From: an uncultured delta proteobacterium
GTDB lineage: Bacteria > Bdellovibrionota > FAC87 > UBA2466
NCBI GenBank assembly: GCA_963778115.1
Contig: CAVZSV010000004.1
Span: forward strand, 2,784,001-2,848,000
Length of the DNA stretch: 64,000 bases
Direction of reading: 5' to 3'
Every line of letters begins with the position of its first letter. The stretch's first letter is position 1. The position numbers and the translations under genes were made by a program. Under the pieces are notes generated by a model. It searched no databases, had not been told where the DNA came from, and saw only the letters and a program-made list of their open reading frames with translations. Positions 48,121-57,984 of the stretch are shown here, piece after piece.

Positions 48121-49412
48121 CCTCGTTTTACGAGTTCGAAAAATAGTTTCACTGGGCTGTCGTCTTCAGCGATTTTTTCCCACTTCCCCGTTTGAACGTT
48201 GAATTTCTCTAGCTTCGCTTTGCCTGAGCTCCCCGCTGTTCTATCAACGACCCGGTATTGGTCGCCGTTGTTCGCCGTGTAGTTTGCTTGGCCTTTCACA
48301 TCCACAGAATTGGCGTTTGCGACCTTATCGATGGCTTGTTGCAGACGGCTGATTCCGTCGATTTGATTGCGGTAAGGAGCAAAAGTTTCGAGGTCAAAAT
48401 CCGGGCCCGCATGATTTTCCGCAAGAGAGTTCCACATCGCTTGCACGGCATTCTTAGCTCGCTCCGCGGATATCTTCATTCGAGCTACCAGAGATTGTCC
48501 CGAAAACGGCGTGGGTGCCGACGGATCTTGTTTCAACTTTCCTAACCAGCCGGTGTAGTCTTGCTGAGAGAATTTCTGCCAGGTGGCGATACCGTCGTTA
48601 TTGTATTCGTTTGCGATAGCCCTATCGTACGCTGAGAGCAGAGCGCTATAAACATTCCCTTCGCTGCTATTGTATTGAAGCTGTCCGTCAGGGCCTTTCG
48701 TGAAAACATGATCGACGTCGATGCCCAGACGTCTTAGGGCTGGGATCATCGTGCTTCGAAAGTTAGTAGGCCACCAGTCATTGGCTAACTCTTCGCTTCC
48801 GGGCCGCCCCAAGTCCGGGCCGAAATTGTGATTAGCGATTAGCTTTTGAAGAGCTAAAATTTCTCGGGGGCTTAAGTCGGCTTGGCGACCTAATCGTTCG
48901 ATCCAGATCATGGATGCATATTCGTGCGAAAGAATTTCGCGTGATACGAAATCATTGGGAAACATTTCTTGAAGAGCCGCAGCCATCTCTCGCGGAATCT
49001 CTACTTTTCCTAGATCATGAAGAACCATCAAAAGACGAAGGCGGCTGGGACTAATGCCAAACGCCTGGCTAAGTGCTTGGGCGTCATGAGAGAACGGTTT
49101 GAGATGCTGGTTTTCCACGTGCTCTAAATTATTTTGAGCGGCGGGACTAGTGGGCCTGTCATGAAGCTTTTTCTCCCCTAACGCTGTTAGCGTATCGATG
49201 GCGCTATCGGGAATCGCTTCGAGTGCTCGTTGGGCTTCGTCGAGTTGTTTGGAAGTTGTGCTGGTGATGCGGACGGTGCGTTTGAGATCTGAAAACCCAC
49301 GGGCCAGAATTTTCAAGCTACCCTCGCAGGAGTCTTTTGCTTGAGAGCAAACCGGCGTAACCAATATCAGCCATCCCACCGCGACCAGCCATTTTGTACT
49401 TCTCATTTTCAT
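48117..49412 (-). CDS. Signal-peptide HD-domain protein
   Basis: H...LHDLGK...SHEYAS...NHNFG...YDR metal-ligand pattern. Confidence 0.72.
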   Translation of the reverse strand: MKMRSTKWLVAVGWLILVTPVCSQAKDSCEGSLKILARGFSDLKRTVRITSTTSKQLDEAQRALEAIPDSAIDTLTALGEKKLHDRPTSPAAQNNLEHVENQHLKPFSHDAQALSQAFGISPSRLRLLMVLHDLGKVEIPREMAAALQEMFPNDFVSREILSHEYASMIWIERLGRQADLSPREILALQKLIANHNFGPDLGRPGSEELANDWWPTNFRSTMIPALRRLGIDVDHVFTKGPDGQLQYNSSEGNVYSALLSAYDRAIANEYNNDGIATWQKFSQQDYTGWLGKLKQDPSAPTPFSGQSLVARMKISAERAKNAVQAMWNSLAENHAGPDFDLETFAPYRNQIDGISRLQQAIDKVANANSVDVKGQANYTANNGDQYRVVDRTAGSSGKAKLEKFNVQTGKWEKIAEDDSPVKLFFELVKRG

Positions 49413-49679
49413 CTGCTTCGACCGTCCTTCAAAGGGAGTAGCGACAGACGCAGTGGGAAAGGCTCATAAATATTGAGAATGCTTATGGAATACAGGGAAA
49501 TATGATTGAAATGGCTAACTTAGCCGCGCCTGGAGTCTCGCAGGGGGGAAGCCGGGCTGCTCTTAACATTTGTTCTGAGTTGTAGTGATGGGATCGAGTG
49601 CTTCCTTCCGGAATTCAATAAGATAGAGGTCACAACATCACAATCGGGCTTTAACCACCAGGATACTGAGGAGACAATA

Positions 49680-50594
49680 ATGACAATGTCGACAACGACC
49701 AGAGGAGTCTTGTTGTTGGTATTTTTAGTAGTTTCATGCGTGGGTTTTTCGAGTGGCTTTGCAAGCGATGATTTAGTTCCGACGCCCGGGGGTTATAGAG
49801 ACGGCGCTTTTGTTTACGAGATAGAGCCGGGACAGCAGATCCGAGTGGCTTCTGATCGTTACGAGATTACCGATGGAAGGGGTAGCATCGTCCGGTCAAT
49901 TCCCAAAAGAGAAGTCCAATCGCAGCAGGTACATGCGGATGGCTGGGTAACCTACACTTCATGGACGAATGACACCGGAAGTAGCATCAAGTCATTTGTA
50001 TCGACTTGGAAAGTTCCTCAAACCCCTCCTTCGAGCGGCGGACAGCTCCTTTATCTATTTAACGGAATGGAACCCGATGCCCGCGATGCCATTTTGCAAC
50101 CCGTCTTGCAATGGGGGACCTCTCCCGCCGGTGGAGGAAACTATTGGGCGGTGGCAAGTTGGTACGTTACTTCAGACGGGCAAGCGATGCACAGTAAAGT
50201 GACCCCAGTAAATCCAGGGGACACTTTGCTCGGAGTGATGAAATTAACTTCATCGGGTCACGCAACCGACGCGGGAACTTTTTCCTACACCAGCGAGTTT
50301 ACGGGGATTGCTAATAGTTCGGTTACCGTATCCAATATTTCCGAACTGACTTGGGCTTCCGAAACTTTGGAAACGTACGGTACGGCTCAATGTTCGGACT
50401 ATCCCGCGGCCCCTACCGCTTTCACTCAGATCGGACTTCAAACGGATGTCGTTCCGGATTCGCTAAATTGGGAAGTGGCCAATGCGATTACGGATTGCGG
50501 GCAGCACGCGTCGGTGACAAGTCCTTCGGCCGTTCAAGGGGAAGTGGATATCTTCTATGCCGGCGGACCGATGAACCACGAAGGCCATCCGTAA
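49680..50594 (+). CDS. Secreted beta-rich protein, possibly G1 glutamic-peptidase-like
   Basis: Signal peptide, TWKVP, ILQPVLQWG, VNPGD, ETLETY; family call tentative. Confidence 0.55.
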   Translation: MTMSTTTRGVLLLVFLVVSCVGFSSGFASDDLVPTPGGYRDGAFVYEIEPGQQIRVASDRYEITDGRGSIVRSIPKREVQSQQVHADGWVTYTSWTNDTGSSIKSFVSTWKVPQTPPSSGGQLLYLFNGMEPDARDAILQPVLQWGTSPAGGGNYWAVASWYVTSDGQAMHSKVTPVNPGDTLLGVMKLTSSGHATDAGTFSYTSEFTGIANSSVTVSNISELTWASETLETYGTAQCSDYPAAPTAFTQIGLQTDVVPDSLNWEVANAITDCGQHASVTSPSAVQGEVDIFYAGGPMNHEGHP

Positions 50595-50719
50595 GTATTT
50601 AATATATTTATGTTAAAAATGTGAGGCCCGGAACCTCTTACTCTCCGCAAAGTTTTCTTAACGCTTCATATCAATTGAGGTATTAGGAAATCATTCATTC
50701 CACTACCGGGGGGTAGGTC

Positions 50720-52381
50720 TTGCTTCGGAGTTTCGCTCTGGCGATTCTCTGGCTCGTGGTTGGAGCCAGAGCTATCGCTGAGCCCATGTGTTGGCCCACT
50801 ATTTTAGATGCGTCTAAGCTACGCCTAGACGGGCGCTTTTTTTCTTCCGAAGATAGGCTTACGTCTCTGTATGAACAGGCGTTGGCCGGTGACGATCAAG
50901 CCATGCAAGATCTCTTCAGCGATCTCTTTCCTCTGATTCAAAAGTATATTCACAAACAGACCCGCTTGATGGGGGTGAGCCAAATTCCTCCCACAGGAAG
51001 TATCGCTCACGACGTTCTTCTGTTTTTGGGCGATTATCTTTATGAGGCAAAGCCCGCCCCTCAACCTTTTCTGGGGGGGATCTATTATTTAGCGTGGGAG
51101 CGAATGTGGGGGGACAAACGGGGACGCCTCGAGCATTTAGAGGAGCAACTCTTCAACGAGGATAATAAAGACCTCCCATCACTCGTTGCGGAACTGGATC
51201 CTACCTATCGCACGATTTGGGATTTGAACCGAAAAGGGGAAAGCTGGCGGGAAATTGCAAAGGCAACCGGACTACCGTCCCGGACCGTGCAAGCCGCCAT
51301 TGCGCGACTAGATAGACTGGTAAGTCAGGTAAGGGAAGATTACATTACGGGAATCCGCAAACGCTATCTCGAACTCGTAGAAGAACTGACGGAGCCGCGA
51401 AAATCAGCCATGAAACTTTACCTTCAGGGACATAGCCCTCGCTCGATCGGAAGTTTAACGGGCCTAAATTACGATTGTACCTTGATGCTCTCTCGAATCG
51501 AGCAGTCCATTCGAAAAAAGTTGGCGGACCCTCTGGATATTCATCGAGACCTTTACAAGAAATGGATCTCGCGCCTTCCCGACCGGGAGCGTGGGGTTTT
51601 GGAACTCTCTGTTCAAAGCAAAGAGCCGCTTGAAGTCTCTCAACTGTTAGATCTCGAAGTTACGACGGTAGAGTATATTTACCGTCACTGGAGGGAGCGG
51701 TTTCTGGCGGCGATTAGTGACCTCCAAGGCAAGTCGCCGGCTGACGAAGAGAGGTTTCTAGAGCGAGCCCTGTGGCCTATCGGGGAGCGGCGGGCTCTGG
51801 AGATGGCGGAAGAGAATCGTTCGATCGCTTTTATTTCGCAGCAGTTAGGAGTCGGCAAGGCTGAAGTCAAAAAGAAGATTACTACGGCTCGCAAGCGGGA
51901 ATCGGAAAAGCTTTCTGCGACCAGTGAAAAAAATGCGTTTTATATGCGAGTCATTCCCTATATGGCGGATCCCACGCGTACGGTTCTCACCCTTAGTCTT
52001 GAGTACACTCCCAAGCAAATCGCCGACCGGCTTTCAATGACAGTCTCTCAAGTCAAGAACCTATTGGAAAGGTATCGCCGTTATTTAGATGATGCGTATT
52101 TGAATTGGGAAGAGAAGGAACGATCGCCAGAAGAGTTACGAGTGGCGTTGGCCATGGCGCAGTTGGGGCCGGTCCAGCGAAAGGCCTTAATGCGAAGTCT
52201 TGAAGGGATTCCCAACACAGCGATTGCTGTGGAGTTGGACTTAACGTATCGAGCGGCGGTGGTGTTGGTCAGTCAGACCAGAACGCAATTGGAAATGGCC
52301 TTGGAACGGCAAAGAGGCTTGGAGGAGCTACGGAGCGAAAGTCGTCAAGGTGCTTACGCCGGCAGCGGTACTGCTCGTTAA
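50720..52381 (+). CDS. Signal-peptide protein with sigma region 2-like start and six sigma4-like HTH repeats
   Basis: LYEQALAGDDQAMQDLF, then six L...R....L....S..EIA..LG....V units. Confidence 0.72.
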   Translation: MLRSFALAILWLVVGARAIAEPMCWPTILDASKLRLDGRFFSSEDRLTSLYEQALAGDDQAMQDLFSDLFPLIQKYIHKQTRLMGVSQIPPTGSIAHDVLLFLGDYLYEAKPAPQPFLGGIYYLAWERMWGDKRGRLEHLEEQLFNEDNKDLPSLVAELDPTYRTIWDLNRKGESWREIAKATGLPSRTVQAAIARLDRLVSQVREDYITGIRKRYLELVEELTEPRKSAMKLYLQGHSPRSIGSLTGLNYDCTLMLSRIEQSIRKKLADPLDIHRDLYKKWISRLPDRERGVLELSVQSKEPLEVSQLLDLEVTTVEYIYRHWRERFLAAISDLQGKSPADEERFLERALWPIGERRALEMAEENRSIAFISQQLGVGKAEVKKKITTARKRESEKLSATSEKNAFYMRVIPYMADPTRTVLTLSLEYTPKQIADRLSMTVSQVKNLLERYRRYLDDAYLNWEEKERSPEELRVALAMAQLGPVQRKALMRSLEGIPNTAIAVELDLTYRAAVVLVSQTRTQLEMALERQRGLEELRSESRQGAYAGSGTAR

Positions 52382-53635
52382 GTACGAAATGATTTGGTTG
52401 ACCATGGGACTTCCGAAGCCCGAAACCGGATCGTAACCCGCAGTGGCTCTGACGACGTTACCAGTGCTATCTTTGATACTACCCGATGTGATGTCTCGGA
52501 AAGCCTGACTTGCTATTGTCGAAAGTCCCGCATAGATCGCCTGATGCATGTCTTGAATTACCGAAAGTTTGTTAGCCGCGCGTCCTTGGTAAACCAATGC
52601 CGTTAATCCTGCCCACAATGGAGAGGAGGCGCTTGTCCCTCCCACCACAATCCATCCTGTCGGGTTATTGGAAGTGCCTAGGTCAAATTCCGTATAAACG
52701 GCCACACCCGTCTGAGGATTGGCAACTGCGGTGATTTCGGGAGCCTGTTTGCCAGCCGCTTTATTAAAACCGGTTTGATAGGACGGGAAAGGAAACAGGG
52801 TATCGATACCTCCGCCTTCACCCGATTGGGAACTATTGTCCCAAACCACTTCAGAAACGGTATTGCCTACCACCGTGACGGAAGTTCCACCGACAGCAAT
52901 CACTCCGGGCTGCAAAGACGGGTACTCTGGATCTCCCGTGATATCACCTGCCGATGCAAAAAACGCGATACCCGGAATCTCGTAGGCGGTTTGGTTGGCG
53001 ACTTCCGTATTAGAGGCCGGGCCACCATAGCTCATTGAGACGACATTGCAACCGGCCGTCTTGGCTTGCAGGACCGCCGTCATCAGAGACGCGGAATTTG
53101 CATTTTGGGCCACCAAAATCACAATCTTGGCATTGGGAGCCATTGTGAGCACCATATCGATATCGAGAGTCGTTTCCACATACCACGGACTCGTCGTCGA
53201 AGAATCAGGATCGAGGGTCGTACTCACTGGCGTTACGGTAATATTGGGGGTGGGTAGATTAAATTCTTTGGCAAAGGTTTGAGCGTCGGCCACAGCCGTA
53301 CTGGTGCTATTGTAAGCTTCGATAAGACAGACAGTCGTTCCGTCACCTCGGTAAGTAACGCTGCTCGTGAGATTATAAATACTGCGGACATCTGCCGGAC
53401 CAAATCCGCCAATAGTGGAGGGGGTGGCACTCGGTCCCGAGTTTCCAGAGGAGGTTCCCGTCGTCCCAGTGGTTCCGGTGGTTCCGGTAGTTCCCGTAGC
53501 CCCGTTCGCCCCCGGACTAGGCGCGATAATGTATTTAGGGACGGCCACGGCCGATCCAAACGGTACCGTGCAACCCGACAAAAGAAATATCGAGAATGCG
53601 GTAAGGACGGCGTTTCGAACAAAAATATTCATCAA
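52328..53635 (-). CDS. Sedolisin-like S53 peptidase lipoprotein
   Basis: LSGC lipobox, ETTLD, SAGD, GGTSASSP, DITSG, GYDPVSGFGSP. Confidence 0.88.
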   Translation of the reverse strand: MMNIFVRNAVLTAFSIFLLSGCTVPFGSAVAVPKYIIAPSPGANGATGTTGTTGTTGTTGTSSGNSGPSATPSTIGGFGPADVRSIYNLTSSVTYRGDGTTVCLIEAYNSTSTAVADAQTFAKEFNLPTPNITVTPVSTTLDPDSSTTSPWYVETTLDIDMVLTMAPNAKIVILVAQNANSASLMTAVLQAKTAGCNVVSMSYGGPASNTEVANQTAYEIPGIAFFASAGDITGDPEYPSLQPGVIAVGGTSVTVVGNTVSEVVWDNSSQSGEGGGIDTLFPFPSYQTGFNKAAGKQAPEITAVANPQTGVAVYTEFDLGTSNNPTGWIVVGGTSASSPLWAGLTALVYQGRAANKLSVIQDMHQAIYAGLSTIASQAFRDITSGSIKDSTGNVVRATAGYDPVSGFGSPMVNQIISYLTSSTAAGVSTLTTFAP

Positions 53636-53674
53636 GTGGATTCCAAAAAAACAAGAGGCGTTTGCTCTAAGAAA

Positions 53675-53690
53675 AGCAAGTTGTATGCCG
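53675..53690 (-). promoter_or_regulatory. Sigma54 promoter of the S53 gene
   Basis: CGGCATACAACTTGCT, GG-N10-GC. Confidence 0.7.
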
Positions 53691-53954
53691 GGAGTTTAGC
53701 CTTGAGTCGACTGTCAGAATTTTGTTTATTCGACGAACTTTTAGACACCTTTAAACAATAATTCGGACTTGGTTATTGAGTTCAGGATCTTAGTCTGACC
53801 AATTCTTTGGCAATGGTGCTTTAAATCTCCCTTTTTTAATGTGCAAGCGCCCGCACAATCTTCAATAAGAAAAAGCCTCCGATAGGATTAAGAATTCGCC
53901 AGCTTATCGCCGATACCTTTGTGTTGGCGGAGCATTAACGCTTTTTGGTTAATT

Positions 53955-54872
53955 ATGAAGAGATTAGGGATGTACGGACTGATCGCTTTGGCTTCGGCCT
54001 CTGTTTTTGCCGATACCGTGATGATCCCCATGACCCACCCGTTCTTTCAGAAGCTAAAAGAGCTGGTAAATCTTCATGTCAATTCCACTTCGGAGCCGGT
54101 TTATGCTCATAGCTGCGTACCGTCTCAGGTTTCTTTCTCACGTGTCTTAGCAACGGTGCGATCGCCGCTCTCACCGCAAACCCTTTCTTTTAAACTCGAT
54201 CAACCGGGCTACTACGTCAAAGATGCGTACTCCCTGATTGAGATGACCGAATCGGGGAAAGGGGCTATTCCGCTTTTTTTGAAGAAGACAGAAAGCACGG
54301 ACATAAAGATTGAGCAAATGACAAGCGAAGGGGCGAGCCGATGTCCTGGAAGCGCGGCCGCCTGTTATGTTCCGATGATCAAAACCATGTACGTCGATAA
54401 AAGTGCTGAAGTGGGAATCATGGCTCCCATCTTGTTCCATGAAATCCTTCACGCTCTGGATATTGATTTGGAAGAAACGTTGAAACGAGAAGTCGTACTC
54501 TCCACAGAGATTCAAAAGCAAAGTGAACAAGCGCTGCAAACCGTGGCCGATCGTCTGAAGGTAAATGCCCTAGATCTTCCCGCTTCCGCTTTTTCGGAAA
54601 CCGATATGGAAGCCACGATAAAATGGAACGTCATGGCCGAAGAGGCTTTAGAAGTAGAGAGATTTAAGACCGAGCGTATGGCCTATGATAATGCGTTTCC
54701 GGTGGAAAAGGAGTTGGTCGAACTTTTTCCTCAGTACTATGAAAGCGCTATGAGGCGATTTCACTTCTCCATGCCCCATAATTTCACGGATAGCGATATC
54801 ATTTCACGCTACGGAATTACCCCACCGATAATTCAAAGATATCTAAGAGGTCTCTGTCAGACGATGCCGTAG
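53955..54872 (+). CDS. Secreted HEXXH protein (zincin-like)
   Basis: Signal peptide ending VFA; FHEILHALD and a downstream TERMAY. Confidence 0.7.
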   Translation: MKRLGMYGLIALASASVFADTVMIPMTHPFFQKLKELVNLHVNSTSEPVYAHSCVPSQVSFSRVLATVRSPLSPQTLSFKLDQPGYYVKDAYSLIEMTESGKGAIPLFLKKTESTDIKIEQMTSEGASRCPGSAAACYVPMIKTMYVDKSAEVGIMAPILFHEILHALDIDLEETLKREVVLSTEIQKQSEQALQTVADRLKVNALDLPASAFSETDMEATIKWNVMAEEALEVERFKTERMAYDNAFPVEKELVELFPQYYESAMRRFHFSMPHNFTDSDIISRYGITPPIIQRYLRGLCQTMP

Positions 54873-54988
54873 CCAGGTGGCAAGACTTTTCCTTGAAATC
54901 TTCCTTATTGAAATAGATTGAAAAGCTTTGCGAAATAGGACACCTTTTTTCTATTAAAGGCCGTATCTCTTCTCACAGGTTGGGGCGA

Positions 54989-55324
54989 ATGAGCAAGTAC
55001 GTACCAGGCTTCCTACTTCTAGTCTCCCTACAGGCACTCAGTGCCACCGTTCCGGATTCCTTTCCGGTAGGAAATTGCTCGGATCCCATTTACCACGCTT
55101 CCCTAGAAATAGAGAAACCAGGGCTCGTCTCGGTTCAATATGACTTTGTCGACAAATTCGGCAGGAAAATTCCTGGTCGCATGCGGATCGAAGACGGGCG
55201 CATTTGGTTATTCGTCGAAATGAATGAACCGGTCTATCTTGGGGACGCCCAACCCCTAAATTGGAGGCCGGATATTCTTTTTATCGGGGATACTGTGAAA
55301 CTCAACTTTTGTGAGATCCACTAA
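54989..55324 (+). CDS. Small secreted hypothetical protein
   Basis: Signal peptide and two Cys. Confidence 0.6.
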   Translation: MSKYVPGFLLLVSLQALSATVPDSFPVGNCSDPIYHASLEIEKPGLVSVQYDFVDKFGRKIPGRMRIEDGRIWLFVEMNEPVYLGDAQPLNWRPDILFIGDTVKLNFCEIH

Positions 55325-55665
55325 CTTTTCTCAAAATACGACATGATCTTCTGGTGAAGCGGGTACATCAAAATAACCAGAGTAATAGAAGTTGCGTACA
55401 TCACCCAGAAATTTAACTTCCACTTCGCATACGCCAGATAGGGAATAAAAAAAGAAACGCTTAATAGCATGGCCACAAGGACACTTCTTGCGACCAGGAC
55501 GGTTCGTTCCGTATCTTGGTGCTCTAACTGAATGAGAACCAGAGTAAGTGCTGTGGACAGGGGGATGGCCCCCACTACAAATCCTGCTGTCACCGGGTAT
55601 TTGCGCGCCAAGAAAGTACTTAGTCCGATAATAAAGGCCGATAGAAAAATCTGTATGACTACCAT
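55321..55665 (-). CDS. Four-TM membrane protein (DUF3147-like)
   Basis: ARKYPVTAGFVVGAIPLST; AAAGGA RBS. Confidence 0.7.
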   Translation of the reverse strand: MVVIQIFLSAFIIGLSTFLARKYPVTAGFVVGAIPLSTALTLVLIQLEHQDTERTVLVARSVLVAMLLSVSFFIPYLAYAKWKLNFWVMYATSITLVILMYPLHQKIMSYFEKS

Positions 55666-55735
55666 GAATGTTTCCTTTCCCGAGTGGCGATTATACTTTT
55701 TTCAAAAGTCCTTGAACGTTTAATTATCTTTTTAT

Positions 55736-56278
55736 ATGGTCGGCGACCTAATAGGTAGTCCGGGGAGTATAGTGAATCTAAAATTAAGTAGACTAGTTAT
55801 TTTTGTGTGCTTATTCGCCTTTCTTGGAGCCTCCGCACCGGCAGCGGAACCTTGTAGTCATCCCGTTGTCCGAGCATGGACCCGAGTGGTTACTTTTCTG
55901 CGACGGGTTTTCAATCGGGACGCCGATGGGGCTCTGATGGAGTTAGAAGCGGATGTGACCTATCCCGATTCGATATGGTATAGGAGCTTCGATCCGCAAT
56001 CCATGCCGCCCAGTTGGCACGCAGTCGACGAACAGACTTCGGCAAATATCTGGAGAAATCTGGCGTCTTGGCGCCTACCCCACCTATATTCGCTTATTGA
56101 GAAGACTGGCGAGTTACGTCATTTGCCGAAGATAGTGGAGTTGGCTCGAGTTCCTTTCTGCGACCGGTTACCCGAAGTCAGGCGCGCGGCCCATGATGCA
56201 CTCAACGAAGAGCGGCTTCATTTTTCGCGCATCATCGTCAGTAGTATCATTCGTCGACATCAAAGTATCCTGGTTTAA
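55736..56278 (+). CDS. Secreted hypothetical protein
   Basis: Signal peptide (start may be GTG near 55772); HEAT-like PEVRRAAHDAL. Confidence 0.6.
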   Translation: MVGDLIGSPGSIVNLKLSRLVIFVCLFAFLGASAPAAEPCSHPVVRAWTRVVTFLRRVFNRDADGALMELEADVTYPDSIWYRSFDPQSMPPSWHAVDEQTSANIWRNLASWRLPHLYSLIEKTGELRHLPKIVELARVPFCDRLPEVRRAAHDALNEERLHFSRIIVSSIIRRHQSILV

Positions 56279-56356
56279 TGGACCAGTTGGCCCAGTGGCC
56301 ATGCGTCCGAGGGTTTCTGGCCTCCAACGATCCGGAACTCTATAGCGAGATCTTTC

Positions 56357-57256
56357 TTACGGCGAACTAGGTTTAGGAGGAAGAGGACTGGTTCCTTCCG
56401 CTAAGGGGGAAGGAAGTGGTTTCTTTGAAGCCTTAACCTTCGCGATGGCCCTCTTAGATTTATTACCCTGCTTGGCCTTCGGCTTTTTCGTTTTCCAAAA
56501 GTCTTCCTTCTCTTTTTCTTTCTTGGCAATGAGTTTGGCTAAATCCTTTTCGGGCACAATAACTTCGATGCGGGGCTCTTCAGAGATCGGCGCCACCGAG
56601 ATGGAAGTGGACGTTGGAGCGTTTTGGGAGGCCTCATAGTCCGCCTCTACTGACTTAAGATCTAAAACCATCGACGAAAGGTCGGCCTGGTTTGAAGGTG
56701 CCGTTATCGTAGGCCCTGAAGCGTCTGGTGCCGTAGTGAGTGTACCAGGCGTTGAAGCATCGGCAGGAGGTTGTTTAGCGACCGAATCATCCAGCACTAA
56801 GACTTCCTTATTTAAGGACCCATTGGGATCTTGGGCTACTGTAGCATTCGAAGCAGGGGCAAGCGGTCGTCCCGCCGCAGAAGTGGTTGGCGCAGTGGCG
56901 AAGGGGTCTGCTTTTAATTCCTTTCCGGGCGGAGCCGCGGAGAACACCGATTTGTGCTCCCGATCATCATTTTTTTGGCGGGATTGGTCATTTTGATCGA
57001 TCTGCTGCTGCAGCATTTGCGCTTTCATCTGTTCTTGCGACGCCATTCCAAAGTTTTTCTGAGCTTCATACATTTGGGCCTGCATCGTATGTTGCATCAT
57101 ATTTTGTTGAAGGACGGGATTTCCATTATCGACTTTTTGGACAGCATCTTGGCTGGAGATTTTTGCCTCCCCCGTATTGTTCCCGCTCTCGGCGTGAGCA
57201 TTGAGGCAGCTTAGGACTAGAAATAGCCCCGCGAGAATAGAAAGAACTCCCTGCAT
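56357..57256 (-). CDS. Secreted low-complexity protein
   Basis: Signal ending AHA; Q/M-rich helix, P/T/A linker, Lys-rich tail. Confidence 0.75.
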   Translation of the reverse strand: MQGVLSILAGLFLVLSCLNAHAESGNNTGEAKISSQDAVQKVDNGNPVLQQNMMQHTMQAQMYEAQKNFGMASQEQMKAQMLQQQIDQNDQSRQKNDDREHKSVFSAAPPGKELKADPFATAPTTSAAGRPLAPASNATVAQDPNGSLNKEVLVLDDSVAKQPPADASTPGTLTTAPDASGPTITAPSNQADLSSMVLDLKSVEADYEASQNAPTSTSISVAPISEEPRIEVIVPEKDLAKLIAKKEKEKEDFWKTKKPKAKQGNKSKRAIAKVKASKKPLPSPLAEGTSPLPPKPSSP

Positions 57257-57283
57257 GTTGCGTGTACCCCCGATAATTGAAGA

Positions 57284-57299
57284 TGCATAAAACTGGCCA
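57284..57299 (-). promoter_or_regulatory. Sigma54-like promoter
   Basis: TGGCCAGTTTTATGCA, GG-N10-GC. Confidence 0.6.
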
Positions 57300-57528
57300 T
57301 GACGGCGTCACAATTGCGGCTTCAAATGAATAATTATAACGACTAATTTCGTCGAAGTTCTTGACGGTGGCTATGGTTTTTCGACATCAAAAGTTGGGAA
57401 GGTCGTTCTACTCCTCAGTAACATCCTCGGCAAATGTAGCGTCTGCGCCGAAAATGATGGGAAAGAGTAGGTTTTGCTCTCTACGCTTTCTTGGGTAGCC
57501 CGACCAGGAAAGTCACTCGTCGGGAGAG

Positions 57529-57825
57529 TCAAATCTCATATTTCCTATCAAACCACCACACCCCAAACGGCAAGCAAGACGCAAGGACCGCTATCCTAAA
57601 CTTCTTCTTGGGCCAGGATTCTTCAAGGCTCAGGTTGTAGGCAGTATAGGCATAGGTCAGAAAAAGAAGGCCATGAACCATGCCCACGATGCGAACGGGA
57701 AGCGGGTTATGCCAGATATATTTTAGGGGCATGGCGATTCCAAAGAGGCAAAGCAAAGAGATGCCTTCCAAATTGGCGACGGTACGAAATAAGCGATGTG
57801 CTGGATTTTGCATAACCCCTACCAT
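57529..57825 (-). CDS. DUF3817 family membrane protein
   Basis: LEGISLLCLFGIAMPLKY, GMVHGLLF, SCLPFG. Confidence 0.88.
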   Translation of the reverse strand: MVGVMQNPAHRLFRTVANLEGISLLCLFGIAMPLKYIWHNPLPVRIVGMVHGLLFLTYAYTAYNLSLEESWPKKKFRIAVLASCLPFGVWWFDRKYEI

Positions 57826-57984
57826 AGTCGAGTTTCGCTCAATTGAAAAACGGACTATTTTTACCGAAATATCTGAGTTATAGAAGCCTGATACGTCCTA
57901 GAAAATAGTCGTTGAGCTGGTGGGTCGAATCAGATCCCTAGGACCCGTTGAGATAGCTTGAGCTGGAATGGAGGGGACTAATTT

